64,000 nt of DNA from Cyanophora paradoxa CCMP329 (lineage: Eukaryota; Plantae; Glaucophyta): assembly GCA_004431415.1 (NCBI GenBank), contig QPMI01000059.1:248001-312000 (forward strand). Reading direction: 5' to 3'. The notes beneath the pieces were generated by a model. The model was given only the letters and a program-made list of their open reading frames with translations. It ran no database searches and was not told the DNA's origin. Below, piece by piece: positions 23,687 to 34,424 of this stretch. Positions within the stretch are counted from its first letter, which is position 1. Each line of letters begins with the position of its first letter. The position numbers and the translations under genes are program-made.

Positions 23687-26449
23687 GCAGGCGGTGGCGG
23701 CGCGCACGGCGTCGGCGGCGCGCAGCTCCCGCGGCCGCCCCTCCGGCCGACGTTTCCGCCGGAGGCACAGCTGCATCTGGCCGCGGCTTCTCTCGCAGGC
23801 GCCGGCGCCGATCGCGACGTCGTCGCCGGCGCCGAGTCGAATCCAAAATCGCGCCGCGAGCTCTCCGTTGACGCGGAGGCGCTGCGCCGAGCGCTGACCA
23901 TGAGCTCTGGCGCCGGCGCCGCACGGCGCCCGCTGCGGCGTCTTTCGAGCGACGAGGATGGAGAGCTCGAGCCGGCCATGGATCCGCCGAGTCTCGGGAC
24001 CACGAGCCCCTGCAGCGATGGCGATCGCGAGGAGTGCGAGGCGGCGTCGGCGTCGCAGCCGCGGCCGCGGCCCAGCAGCTTCGCCCAACCCCCCTCAGTC
24101 AATAGCAAGCGAAGCCTCGATGGCGAGGAGGAGGAGCGATTCCACGGCCTGCCCGCCGTCTGCCGCCGCCTCGTCGATATGGTCCGCGCGCCCTCCTCCC
24201 CCAGGGCGAAACTTAAGGCCTAGGCCTCCCGATCGATATCGGCAACTTGGCAAGTCGCGCGCCGCGTTTTCATCCGATTTTCTTAAATCGTCTTGAATTA
24301 ATGAATTTATTCGCGAAACTTTAAGCTTGAATCTGACCGTCGGAACGCGCATTTACCGACATCAGGTCTGGCGGGCAGTTGTGGCGAGCTCGAGCTCGGA
24401 TTCTCAGCACTTGTTAAACTCTGATCGAAGCGCGGCCGCGGCGCGCGGAGTGGGCCGGATTGTTGAAGCTGCCCTTGCGATTAAAAGTGCGGGGTTCGAT
24501 CACGAACGAGCCCGGCCCTCCTCCATCGGGTTCCCACAGTACGAGGTGCTGCCGCCCCACCCACATGTAGATCTCATCATGATCTAGATCCCAAGTGCAG
24601 TGATTATATAATATTAATTATATCCCACCTGGCTCTCGATCTCGATCTAGATCTAGATCGAGATGATTATATTAGAAATTCATGAACAATGATTCAGTGA
24701 TTCAAGAAACTGATTTGAAGGCCCGAGGGGCCCCCCCGATCGCGATTGCAGATTTTCCACAGCATCCTGCATCGGGCCGTCGACGACGGCAACACGTGGT
24801 CTCCGCCCCAGGCGAGCGCACTGGCGAGGTCCAACTGGAGAGCCGACTCGGGCGGCGACAGAAAAATGACGCGGGGCGCCTTCGAGCGCTCCCTCGTCGA
24901 CCTCGCCCGCTCCTGGGCGGGCGCCGTCTCCGGCGCCCCGTCGACGTCCCTCCACGGCCACCTCTCCATCCGCTGCATCGCCGCCGGCGCCGGCCTCCCC
25001 GACGACCTCCCCACCATCTTTCTCTTCTGCCTCGTCCAGGTTCGCCTCTGATTATAACGCCTTCTAATTATAACGATCCATGAGCTGACTCTGCCTCCGT
25101 GAACAGTCGATCACGACGTGCCGTCCGCCGTGGCCCGCGGCTGCGGCTGCGGCCGAGCGCGATTTCCGCGCCTCTTCGGATGAGGAATTCGCAGCGTCGT
25201 CGTCGCCGTCCCGCGAGCCCATTAGTAATCTCAGCGACATCCGCCTGCGTCCCGTCCTCGGTGAGAGATCGCAATCGCTCCCACTTTGTCTAGATCTTGT
25301 CCCCCGCCGGCCCCGCTCTCGCTCGATCTCACCGGTACTGCCGCAGACGTGCCCCTCGGGGCCTGCACCGCCCGCGGCGCTCCTCGCATTTTGAGCGAGC
25401 ACCAGCTTCCGACCCTCCGCGGGCACCGATCGCGAGCCAAGTGGGCCAGCGCCCCTTCCTCTCTCGAGCACCTCCCGAACCCGAGCGCGCTCGTTTTGAG
25501 AGTTAACGTTTCTTCGGATCCGGCGGGTGGCCGTGCCACGTGCACCTCCCCCTCGGCCTGCGATATCAATGGGCCGGTCGGCCTAGGCCTTGTTATGGAC
25601 GCGTTGCGACCCGGACCCAGCCGGAGTCGAACCAACGACTAAGGGGTGTCAAGGCGGCAGTTCTACCAATAGGCCATCTCGCGAGAGGCTAGTGATTCCC
25701 CGAATCATCCCGGGTCCTCACACTGCACGCAACATCCCCCCCGCCACGGTGATCTCGACCCCGAGATCCTTCCGTGCGGTTCCATTGCTGCATTTCACCT
25801 CACAACTCGCGATCTCAACCTCGGTCACATGCCGCACGTGACACCCACTTCACACAGCCGCAACTGCCGCTTTTTTCCGTGCGCGCAGTTTCTAGGCTCT
25901 TCGGCGGCCACCGATGCAGGTGCCGGGCTTATCGGGGTACCGCGATGCAGCGGCCCTCAGCCAGCGCTTCCTAGCGCCCCGCGTGGGATTCGAAGCCCGG
26001 TCTATCCCTCGTCGGGAGTCGAACCAGGTCCGTTAGCAGCCCCCATGTTATGGACGCGTTGCGACCCGGACCCAGCCGGAGTCGAACCAACGACTAAGGG
26101 GTGTCAAGGCGGCAGTTCTACCAATAGGCCATCTCGCGAGAGGCTAGTGATTCCCCGAATCATCCCGGGTCCTCACACTGCACGCAACAGCCTGCAGCGG
26201 GCCGCCCTTGAGAATCGCCTCAGGGGCCTCCTCCTGCAGCGTCCCCGCTCTCGCTCCGAGGGCTTAAGTTTGTGCATCCAGCCCCGCCGGCTGCGGCCGC
26301 TGCCTCAGCCGACGCCGCCGGCACCCCGTCTGCGCGTCTGCAGAGCGAGCTTGGAGTCAGGGAGTGGAGTCGCCTCGCCCGCCGTGGCGGACTCGCTTCC
26401 TGCCAGGGCTGCAGCCGCCACACTTTTCTGCGATCGTTCCATTTATTAG
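23573..26449 (+). CDS. Hypothetical protein with a conserved-looking helical domain; last exon interrupted by a TRIM insertion
   Basis: Exons: 23573-24181, VWRAVV, 6-nt YE (24540-24545), IFHSILHRAV..ARSNWRADSGGDRKMTRGAFERSLVDLARSW (resembles the DW..D..G...M....F..SLFELAD.W motif I recall from protist EF-hand-like proteins), 25107-25261, and 25347 onward. Removing 25591-26193 restores one frame to the stop at 26449. Confidence 0.6.
25591..25734 (-). repeat. 3' LTR of the TRIM
   Basis: Identical to 26046-26189. A box at 25666-25676, B box at 25623-25633. Confidence 0.95.
25735..25745 (-). other. Polypurine tract
   Basis: Minus strand GGCGGGGGGGA directly abuts the TGTT of the 3' LTR. Confidence 0.85.
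26038..26045 (-). other. Primer-binding site, tRNA-Pro type
   Basis: Minus strand TGGGGGCT immediately follows the 5' LTR end AACA. It equals the first 8 nt of the classical tRNA-Pro PBS (TGGGGGCTCGTCC...). Confidence 0.75.
26046..26189 (-). repeat. 5' LTR of the TRIM
   Basis: Identical to 25591-25734. Confidence 0.95.
26078..26131 (-). promoter_or_regulatory. tRNA-type (type 2) RNA polymerase III internal promoter within the LTR
   Basis: A box TGGCCTATTGG (26131-26121) and B box GGTTCGACTCC (26088-26078) start 43 nt apart, as in tRNAs. A T-arm GTTGG-TTCGACT-CCGGC and a Val-like TTGACAC loop are also present. Confidence 0.8.
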
Positions 26450-26994
26450 CCATGCATGCGCAAAGCTTTGGAATTCGCAAGTAGTCGGGCTTCTTTCTTT
26501 TCTTTTGCTTAGTTGCCACAGTGCTGGCCATTGAATCAGTCACCAAATTTCCAATCACATAGATTTAAGCCAGCCACCGAATTATACAGATTTGTCATGA
26601 AATAGTGCCTCTCATTCGAAGAGGAATTCGAACATAGTTACTGTTCTTTCGCATTAATTCCCCTCGCTTCAATTTCAGCTTTTTGCGCACTTGGGCTTCA
26701 CCAATATATTATATAATCATGTACCTAGGTTTCGACATGATTAGTTCGCAATTGAATTTCAGGCGCTTGTCTGCGTTTTGCCTTAGTCGTAATATTAATC
26801 AATAGTCGTTATCAATGACGTCCAATAGGAACCCGCGCAGTGTTCTCCCACCCCCGCCATATAAATGCAACGTCGACGTCTCTCAAAAGTGTCTTAAGCT
26901 TGCAATTGGAATACGATGATCAAGCTTACATTGCTTGCTCTAAGCAATTGAGTTGCCGTATCTGCGCATGCGGGACTTTCTGCCCTTGCGGAGT

Positions 26995-27027
<33 letters not shown>

Positions 27028-27591
27028 CGTCGACTTTCAATATAAGAACAAACGTTGGAGTCCAACGTATACGGTTGTTCCACGGTCAGCTGTTCTCATG
27101 CATAAGAACATGCAGTTTATAATGGAATATATTCTCTGCTTGATTTAAGCACGCAGGTATAGCTGTAGGGCACCGCCTCAGCGGTCTCACCGTGTAGCGC
27201 TAGCGATTGTATCATAGTATCTGCAGCTGATGATCATGACCGCCTCACCTCCAAACCGAACGGCAGGCGGCGTCGGGTCTCCTGTCATCCGGCTCGGCCG
27301 CCGCGCGCCCGAGAGGTCAGCAATTTGTACAGGGCCATGCCGCCCGTGCCGGACGCAGACGCGGGGACGCGATCCATGGCCAGTGGCGTCAACGCGACGG
27401 CGAAGGGGGTGAGGTGGTCGCAGGCTCCATTCCCGTACCACAGGTTCGAAACCAACCGTTGAACGTCTCAGAGTCTACGAGCTACGGACCGGAGCGCGGG
27501 CACCGCATTAATCAAGCTGGCATTCCCTTAGCCGGAGTTGAACCCGCACTAGTCGGCCCGGCGGCCTTACTAAGTTAGCTACCGTATAGCG

Positions 27592-28018
27592 ATGCCTCCG
27601 AAGCGCGGCGCCCCTCATGATCAGCCGAGCGCGGACTCCCGGGAGCCTGCCGGCGGCCGCTGGCGTCTTCGGCAAGGAGATCTAGAAGCAGCCGAAGCTC
27701 CGGATCCAGCAGGGCATCATGATCATGATCAGCTGCAGGGGCTTCCTCGTGGAGGAGGGCAAGGCCTAGAGGCTCAGCGGCTAGGGCTTGCCGCGCCGGC
27801 GCGGCGCACTCAGCGATGCGCGCGCGGGCACGGCTGAGGGAGCCGCCTTCTTCAGGAACGTAGCCAGCGACATGCGCAAGCAGGAGGAGCAGAAGGAGGT
27901 GGCAGCCGACTCGTCGCAGCCGCAGAAGCGATATCGATCTGTGGCTTCGATTCGCCCGCCTTCAAGTCTTTCCCCGCCTTCAAGTCTTTCCCCTTCAAGG
28001 TTTGGGGTACGCAAATGA
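27592..28018 (+). pseudogene. Decayed ORF (MPPKR.. start, a frameshift and three in-frame TAG stops)
   Basis: The frame of ORF 27788-28018 extends upstream as GKEI*KQPKLRIQQG..GFLVEEGKA*RLSG*GLPRR, with TAGs at 27683, 27767 and 27782. Confidence 0.35.
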
Positions 28019-28423
28019 ATCTTTTTCATCCAATGACTGGAGCTTGCGAGAAAATCTTCACTGGGAGAAATTAAAGTCCTAGACCGGCCTATGCGCCTTT
28101 TTTCCGCGAGCTGTGGGCCCGCGCGCGGGCCCGCGCCGGCCCCGCGGGCCGCGGCCGGCCGATCGGCCTTTGGGCCGTTTCAAGTTTCAACCGTTGAACT
28201 AACGTTTAACTTTTCGGAACTAAGTTTCAAGTTTACTAACTTGTAAGTTAATTTATAGGTCAACGTTCCGCCGGAGGTTCAACGGTTCACAGCCTAAGAG
28301 AAGAATCACAGGTACCCGGTTAACGTTCGAATTCCGCCGGAGGTTCACAGGTTCACGCCGCGTGACCGTCGACGTTCGAATTCACAGGTTAACGTTCCGC
28401 CGGAGGTTCACAGATCGAATGAT

Positions 28424-28775
28424 TCGAATCCCCGGACCGTGCCACGGTGCACGGTGCACGTGGCCCGTGACGTGGGCCGTGGCCCGTGGGCCGTGGCCCG
28501 TGTTTACAGTGTTTCTAGATCGTTTTGGGTCCGAATTAGGTCGTTTTTCGCTGGTCGAAGGGGGTATCCTGGGGGGCGACTTACGACTTACGGCCGTAAG
28601 TCGGTTTTTGGGGGCCGTAAGTGTAAGTAGAGTGTAAGTTAAGTCACTTACGTAAGTCGTTTGTAAGTGTAAGCGCCTACTAAGCGGCAACCCTAATCGA
28701 ATCCCCGGACCGTGCCACGGTGCACGGTGCACGTGGCCCGTGACGTGGGCCGTGGCCCGTGGGCCGTGGCCCGTG
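28424..28775. mobile_element. Single hAT-like transposon end captured between 79-bp perfect direct repeats
   Basis: 28424-28502 is identical to 28697-28775. The spacer is rich in GTAAG/CTTAC units and ends GGCAACCCTA (reverse complement TAGGGTTGCC). Confidence 0.55.
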
Positions 28776-29273
28776 GCCATGAATCCCATGATGATCATGA
28801 TCATGGCAATGATTGATTAAACGTGATTTAAACCGTCATAAATGACGTCGACTCATAATTTGGGACCGTTGACGTCGATGCATAGTACCTGGTAGGGCCC
28901 AGTGGGGGCGCGTGGACCGTGGTCCGTGGTTCACGCAACTTTGAACTGCCGGAGTTGACTCGGTGAGCCAATCACCGGCTTCCTTGGATGTTGACGGTTC
29001 AACCTCCCGGAGTCCCGGAGTCCGGATGTTGACGGTTCGACCTCCGGGGCTCAGTACTATACTACTAGTGCAATTTATTTTTGCACTGGCAACTTGGCAC
29101 TGGCAAGTTGACGGTTTGATCTCCGGGGCCGGTGACTCGCCAACGTACTATGGTATACGTAGTGCCGCAGTGCGCACTGCGCACTGCGGCAATGCGCGTA
29201 TGCGCTGCTGTCAGCCTACATATATACTGAATCAGTGCTGGGTCACTGCTGACACATATACTACTAAATAATA

Positions 29274-29503
29274 CTGGAGAGCTAGAAATATTTAGTGGGC
29301 TGCATATTTATAGTACTAAAAGTTTTTGGGCGATCTACTAAATATTTCCCGCCTGCTAAAGGCGAGAATTTGTAGGGGTAGTCCCGTCTCCGCCATACAA
29401 AAGCCCCGTCAAGACTGACCTACTAAAGTTTTACCACCTGCTAAAGTGGCATTTTTGGCAAAGTACTAATTATTTTCCTGTACTAAATTAACTAGTTCTC
29501 CAG
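29274..29503. mobile_element. MITE, ~230 bp, TA target site (Tc1/mariner-Stowaway-like)
   Basis: TA|CTGGAGAGCTAGAAATATTTAGT ... ACTAAATTAACTAGTTCTCCAG|TA forms imperfect ~22-bp TIRs. The interior is AT-rich with repeated CT(A/G)CTAAA motifs. Confidence 0.75.
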
Positions 29504-29861
29504 TACTAGTACTAGTAACTTTCTAGTACTAGTAAGCATCAAGACTCCTACCCGTAAGTTGATCATGAGCCGTAAGTTCCGTAACCCGTGGTATCATAGT
29601 ATAGCTAACCTATTACTGTCGCAGTGTAGCAGCAGTGTAGCTGGGTCGCTGCCAGGCTGCTGGGAATCCTGGGATCATCGGACCCGGGATCAAACTTTAA
29701 TTTTTTTAAACTTTGCAACAGCCTGGCAGCTGCAGAGGCGTTACAGTCTTACAGAGCTCGAGGCCGCGCGGCTTCTAGATCTGCAGTGATTCTGCACTAG
29801 CTATATAGTACTTGGTCGGCCCGGCGGCCGGCGGGGTTCACTCGCCTCGTGCATAGGTAGA

Positions 29862-32800
29862 ATGGCCTGGAGCCACTGCGTCCATGTGCGCCAAGTGCGC
29901 CCGCAACGTGTGCCATCAACTTCGTCGCCAGCTTTTCTGGCGATCCTGCTCTCCGCGCTACTCGTGAACGCCGCCCTTTCAATCGATACCGGTGCGTCAC
30001 TGATCATGAGTCGCATCCAGCTGCAGCTACTACGCGGCTAGATCATCGGATCGCGCTTGAGTACACGTACTGTCACTGACTGCGACGCGTGCGCATACGT
30101 AAATTATTTAAACAGCCGCGGCCCAGCTTTCGGACCGCCTGCTTCCCGGCATTCCGTCTCTGCCGGTCGGAGAAGGATGGAACGACATAGCTCAAGGCAA
30201 CTACTCGTACTGCGTCGGCAGTAAGACCGCGGGCGCCAGTGCGCATTTTTTTGCATATAGAAATGCTGTGAACCTGGACTCTTGGGAGTTGAGTGTGACC
30301 GTCGGACGCGAATTGCAGGAATCGGCATCGGTACTGGCACTTATTTCGAGGCTCTGTACAGTGCGCACTGCAATTGGAGGAATCCCCTGTCTAGCCTGGA
30401 TTGCTAATCGCGACCGAATCGCCAGGCATCCACTACAATAATTATGATGGTGAGAACCATGCATGCGCATATATTGAATCAAATAGCACCGACAAAAGCG
30501 CGCTCGCGCAAACGCTTGCGGTCGCTCGCGTTCGCAGGACAACTGTACGCTGGCTTCCTGTACGGCATCGCCCGCGTCAACGCGTCGTGCGGGGCGGAGC
30601 TCGTGGGGGGTCAGCTCTCGGCACCCGCGGCCAACCGCCGCCACCTTTCAGCTCTCAGCGCGATCACCGACGACGCCGTTGCTGGCGGCGTCCCCGCAAA
30701 GGATGTATATTTCAGGTACCCTATAACCATGCTTATCCTGTATTTCATCATATAGCCTGATTACCACGTGCACTCTGTCGTTTTCAAATTGTATCCTAGG
30801 CCTGATTACATGTTTGGAAACGCAGACAGGTGACGAGTCTGGCCGCAAACTCCAGTACCGGCCTCTTCTGGGCGGACGACGGCAACGGAGGCGACCCGAG
30901 CGTGATCGGCCATCTCGACATGGCCGCGTCGACCGTCAAGAGCCTCTGGCGGAGCAGCTGCCAGTGCCCAGCAGCACGGCGCAGTCTGTTGGTGGGCGCT
31001 ACAGTGTACTCCTTCCGCTACAGGGCCCAGTCCATTGCCTACTACAACAATAAGCTGTACGTCCTGGCGAAGAGGGTGGAGTGCTGCTGCGCAAACTGTA
31101 TCGTACGCAAGCTTCACCAAATGGATGCCGGAAACAGAGGGGTTGTCCTGTTGTCTATGCCCGCTTCAGGTACTGCTTGCGAAGCTGACATCAGCTAGCT
31201 ATAGAATGATCTTGATAGATAGATCCTGTCTTAATGCGCAACATTACCGAGCATTCCTTTTCAAAATTTAGCGACTGCAGCTGATCTGTTCGAACTCGCT
31301 CGTGCGCAGGCGGAGCGTTTACGAAGATCGCCGACCTTTCCCACAACTCCGATGGCTTCGATGCGGGGACAGGCTCCTTGGCCATCGACGCCGACGCCAG
31401 CGGGAATCCCATCTTGTACGCTGGGGTGAAAGGAATGTTCAGCAAAGGACGGCGTCACCTGTCGCAAACGCTGCCCTCCCGCATCGTCAAGGTAGCTCTA
31501 TTGTTTTACACACACACCGCGTTTGGATCCGTATATTCTTATTTGCCGTTAATTGTTCCGTATTGAATTTGCCGTTAATTGTTCCGTATTGAATTTGCCG
31601 TTAATTGTTCCGTATTGAATTCGAAACCGCAGGTCACGTTGAACTCCTCGGGCACGTTCTCTGCGGATTTCGCGACTGCTCAAACCTACGCAAGCTTTTT
31701 TGGCGTGGCAATCGTGAAGACAACGTGCGCTTAAGCTTTGAAATCGATCCGATTGACTGCTTTCCTTCATTTATGGCGGCCGGGGCAGGTATGGTGTCTG
31801 GCGACTTGTTGCGACTCTGTTTGATTCGCAGTATGACGAGCACCAGTACATCGCTTCTTTCGACGAGACCGGGGTAGAGAAGGTCGACGAGCGCATCACA
31901 TCCATTCCGGTCATTCCGGAGTCGACCGCCATTGAAATTCCACGTTACGGACTCACCGGCGTCGGGACGCGGGACTACCCACTGTTCTACGCGGGCTGGG
32001 AGTTTGCTTACCTGTACGCACACCGGCTCAACATTTCCATGACATTCCCGACGCCATCGCCGAGCCCCACGCCCGTGCGCGATTCTAGATCGTTCTCGAG
32101 GACTATGTTGATCCTGGCATGGGCTAAGATCCGAGCCCTTGCACGCAGTCGGCGTCTCCGTCGCCCTCTCCGTCGCCCTCCCCGTCGCCATCCCCGTCGC
32201 CCGCTGCGGACGCGGCAGCGACGCCGTCTCCGTCGCCCGTGGCCACCGGGCAGCCGGCGCCGCCTCCGACGGCTCCGTCGCCGACTTCGCCACCTCCGTC
32301 GCAGTCGGCTCCCACGCCGTCGCCAGCGTCGCAGGCGGCCATCGCAACACCCACCCCGATCCCGCCGCTCGTGCGTCGCAAGTGCAGATCTCGAATCCTG
32401 GAGAACCGCTTTTTCCTGACTTCGGGCGCCTGTCCGGATCCGCCTGTTCTGCGGCAGGATTTCATCAAGCAAGAACCCGGCTCCAGGGCAATAATCGGGA
32501 ACATCAGGGTCTGTTATATATCTCAAGAGAACTTCAATTTGGAAGCTCTCTCATCTTCTTTGAACGGCACTTTCGCGCAGCTTCTGCCAAGCAATTTCAC
32601 GAAAACGCAGGATAAGAACGGGAACGCCATTTACAAGGTCTTCATGCCAACTGCCGTCGTCATCGTGCCCCAGGTGAGCGCGCACACTTAGATTTATATT
32701 TCTGCTGCGAAGTGGTACTTCGTATACGGTAATCTGCTATTGCTCAATGTCTTTGATTGTGAACAGACTGGCACAACGGAACTGTTCAAGATCCCCGTGG

Positions 32801-33677
32801 TCCGTACGCGTGATAAATACTTTTGCGAAACGTTTTTTGGTGTTTTCTTTAACTTGTTCAAACCTGCTGCGCTTGCAGACGGGAGTTCTGAGGGTGCGTG
32901 CACGGGGGGAGGGTGTCTGAGTTCTATATATAGCTATATATATAGCTATATTGAGCCTCGCTATCTCCCGAGTCCCAGGCGGGACAAATCCTACGGGTCA
33001 TTGTCGTAAATGACGCGGGCGAGGAGCGGGAGGCGAGGAATGTGAGGGTCTACCTGGACAACCTGCTGCAGGAAACCGTCCTGGAATTCCGTGCGCCTGC
33101 ACACTTGTGACCTCCTCAACTCTGATTAACTGTAATCATGATTGTGCAGTGCCGCCCGGCTTGAGCCGCCGGCAGCTGCTCGTTTTCTCAGTCGGCCAGA
33201 AGGTGAGTGCATCTCAGTCGAGTCTTGCAATTGCCTTTTAGACCTAATTATATGATCCTTGCTCGTGATCCCGTATATACGTAATCGTGTCTTTAATGCA
33301 CTCGCGATCGTGCAGTATGACCTCCGCATCGAGCCCGGACCCGGAGAGCCTGCCTTCATCCCGGTCGTCATCGGCGGGGTTCGCGCGGTTTGAATTTACG
33401 ATCACGATGGATTAATTTGACATTCGATCGATCCCGATCGCGAGTGCAGGCCTTCCAGTGGACGCCGGTGGGCTCGTCCGCCAGCGGAATAGCTCGCATT
33501 CCCTACTGGCCGAACGCCGCCATGATCGCATCGCCGGTATGCATTTCCCGAGTTTCGATCCAGTATTTTGCTGCTAGCGCTCCTCATACAAAGCTGCAGG
33601 TGAGCCTCGCTTCGGGCCTGCTTGCCGGCTTCCTGGCGATCGCGACCTCGTTGCTCGCGATCGGGAGACGCGCGTAG
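29862..33677 (+). CDS. Secreted or cell-surface protein with a Ser/Pro/Thr stalk and C-terminal hydrophobic anchor
   Basis: Signal-like AFLAILLSALLVNAALSIDT, beta-rich exons (VTSLAANSSTGLFWADDG.., AQSIAYYNNKLYVLAK, GSLAIDADASGNPILYAG), a PSPSPSPSP stalk at about 32050-32370, and a tail VSLASGLLAGFLAIATSLLAIGRRA-stop. Confidence 0.75.
31541..31620. repeat. 26-bp tandem repeat x3 (ATTTGCCGTTAATTGTTCCGTATTGA), intronic
   Basis: Copies start at 31541, 31567 and 31593. Confidence 0.95.
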
Positions 33678-34424
33678 CAGCCGCCAACTTTGCACGATAC
33701 GGACGCGTCAAGCGTCACGATATATATATAAGAATAAATTCACCTACAATTAGAAAGAGTAGCGCTTTCCCTTTCATAGCTTTTTAAAATTTCGTTTTCG
33801 CTTTCGCGTTTCGGTTAGACTACCAGGCTATAGCTAGTACTCGAGTAAATCTATCTCGAGTCGAAAAAGTACATTACAGCTTAATATATATTGAGATACT
33901 ATGATACAGACCGAAGTTTTCGTTCTGTATATATAGGCCGCCGGGCCGCTGAGGCGCACTGCGGCATCTAGATCTGCCAAGTGCAAGCTTAAGCGAAAAC
34001 GACCCCTACACTGAGTTATAACGCTATAGCTAAGGCTCGCGGGGAGTACGGTTCCTGATTGCCGCATGCATCTGCGCACCATGGCATACCCCCGCGGATC
34101 CGGACCCGCCTCGCGCGGCGGCCTGGATCCTGCCCTAGCCTAGTAGGCCTCCGTACTTCTGATTCGAATTCGAATTCGGGGTTCCCTCCCTAGGCCTCCT
34201 CCGGGGTGCAATATTAATTGGCGGAGGACAAGCAAGTGCCCAGCAAGTTCCGTGGCGCTCAAAAGCTTCTTTGCGATCGATATTATACATATCAATCACA
34301 TTTACGCACCCGTCGATCACACGCATTACTAGCAGGGACGCTTCGGTGGCGCTCATGATCAGGAGCGCATCGCCTTCGACTCTACCCTAGGCCTCCAGGG
34401 GCCCCGAAGCTGCGGCTGGCTTGC

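Larger units (their letters stand above)
25591..26189 (-). mobile_element. Non-autonomous miniature LTR retrotransposon (TRIM) with a tRNA-like Pol III promoter in its LTRs
   Basis: Two identical 144-bp direct repeats bounded by TGTT..AACA, a GCCT TSD (25587-25590 and 26190-26193), a PBS and PPT in correct minus-strand positions, and a 311-bp interior with no retroelement ORF. Confidence 0.93.

Noticed and set aside
26066-26138. Functional tRNA-Val gene or simple SINE
   Set aside because: The acceptor, D and anticodon stems do not pair. The motif sits inside TG..CA LTRs with PBS, PPT and TSD, and there is no A-rich SINE tail.
25829-26189. Protein encoded by the TRIM (start of ORF 25829-26449)
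   Set aside because: It is antisense to the element, has a non-ATG start and no gag/pol motifs. It only runs into the interrupted host frame.
27671-27790. TAG stop-codon reassignment or read-through
   Set aside because: Well-supported genes in the window (MORN, LisH, TspO-like) end at TAG, and I saw no in-frame TAG in their conserved exons.
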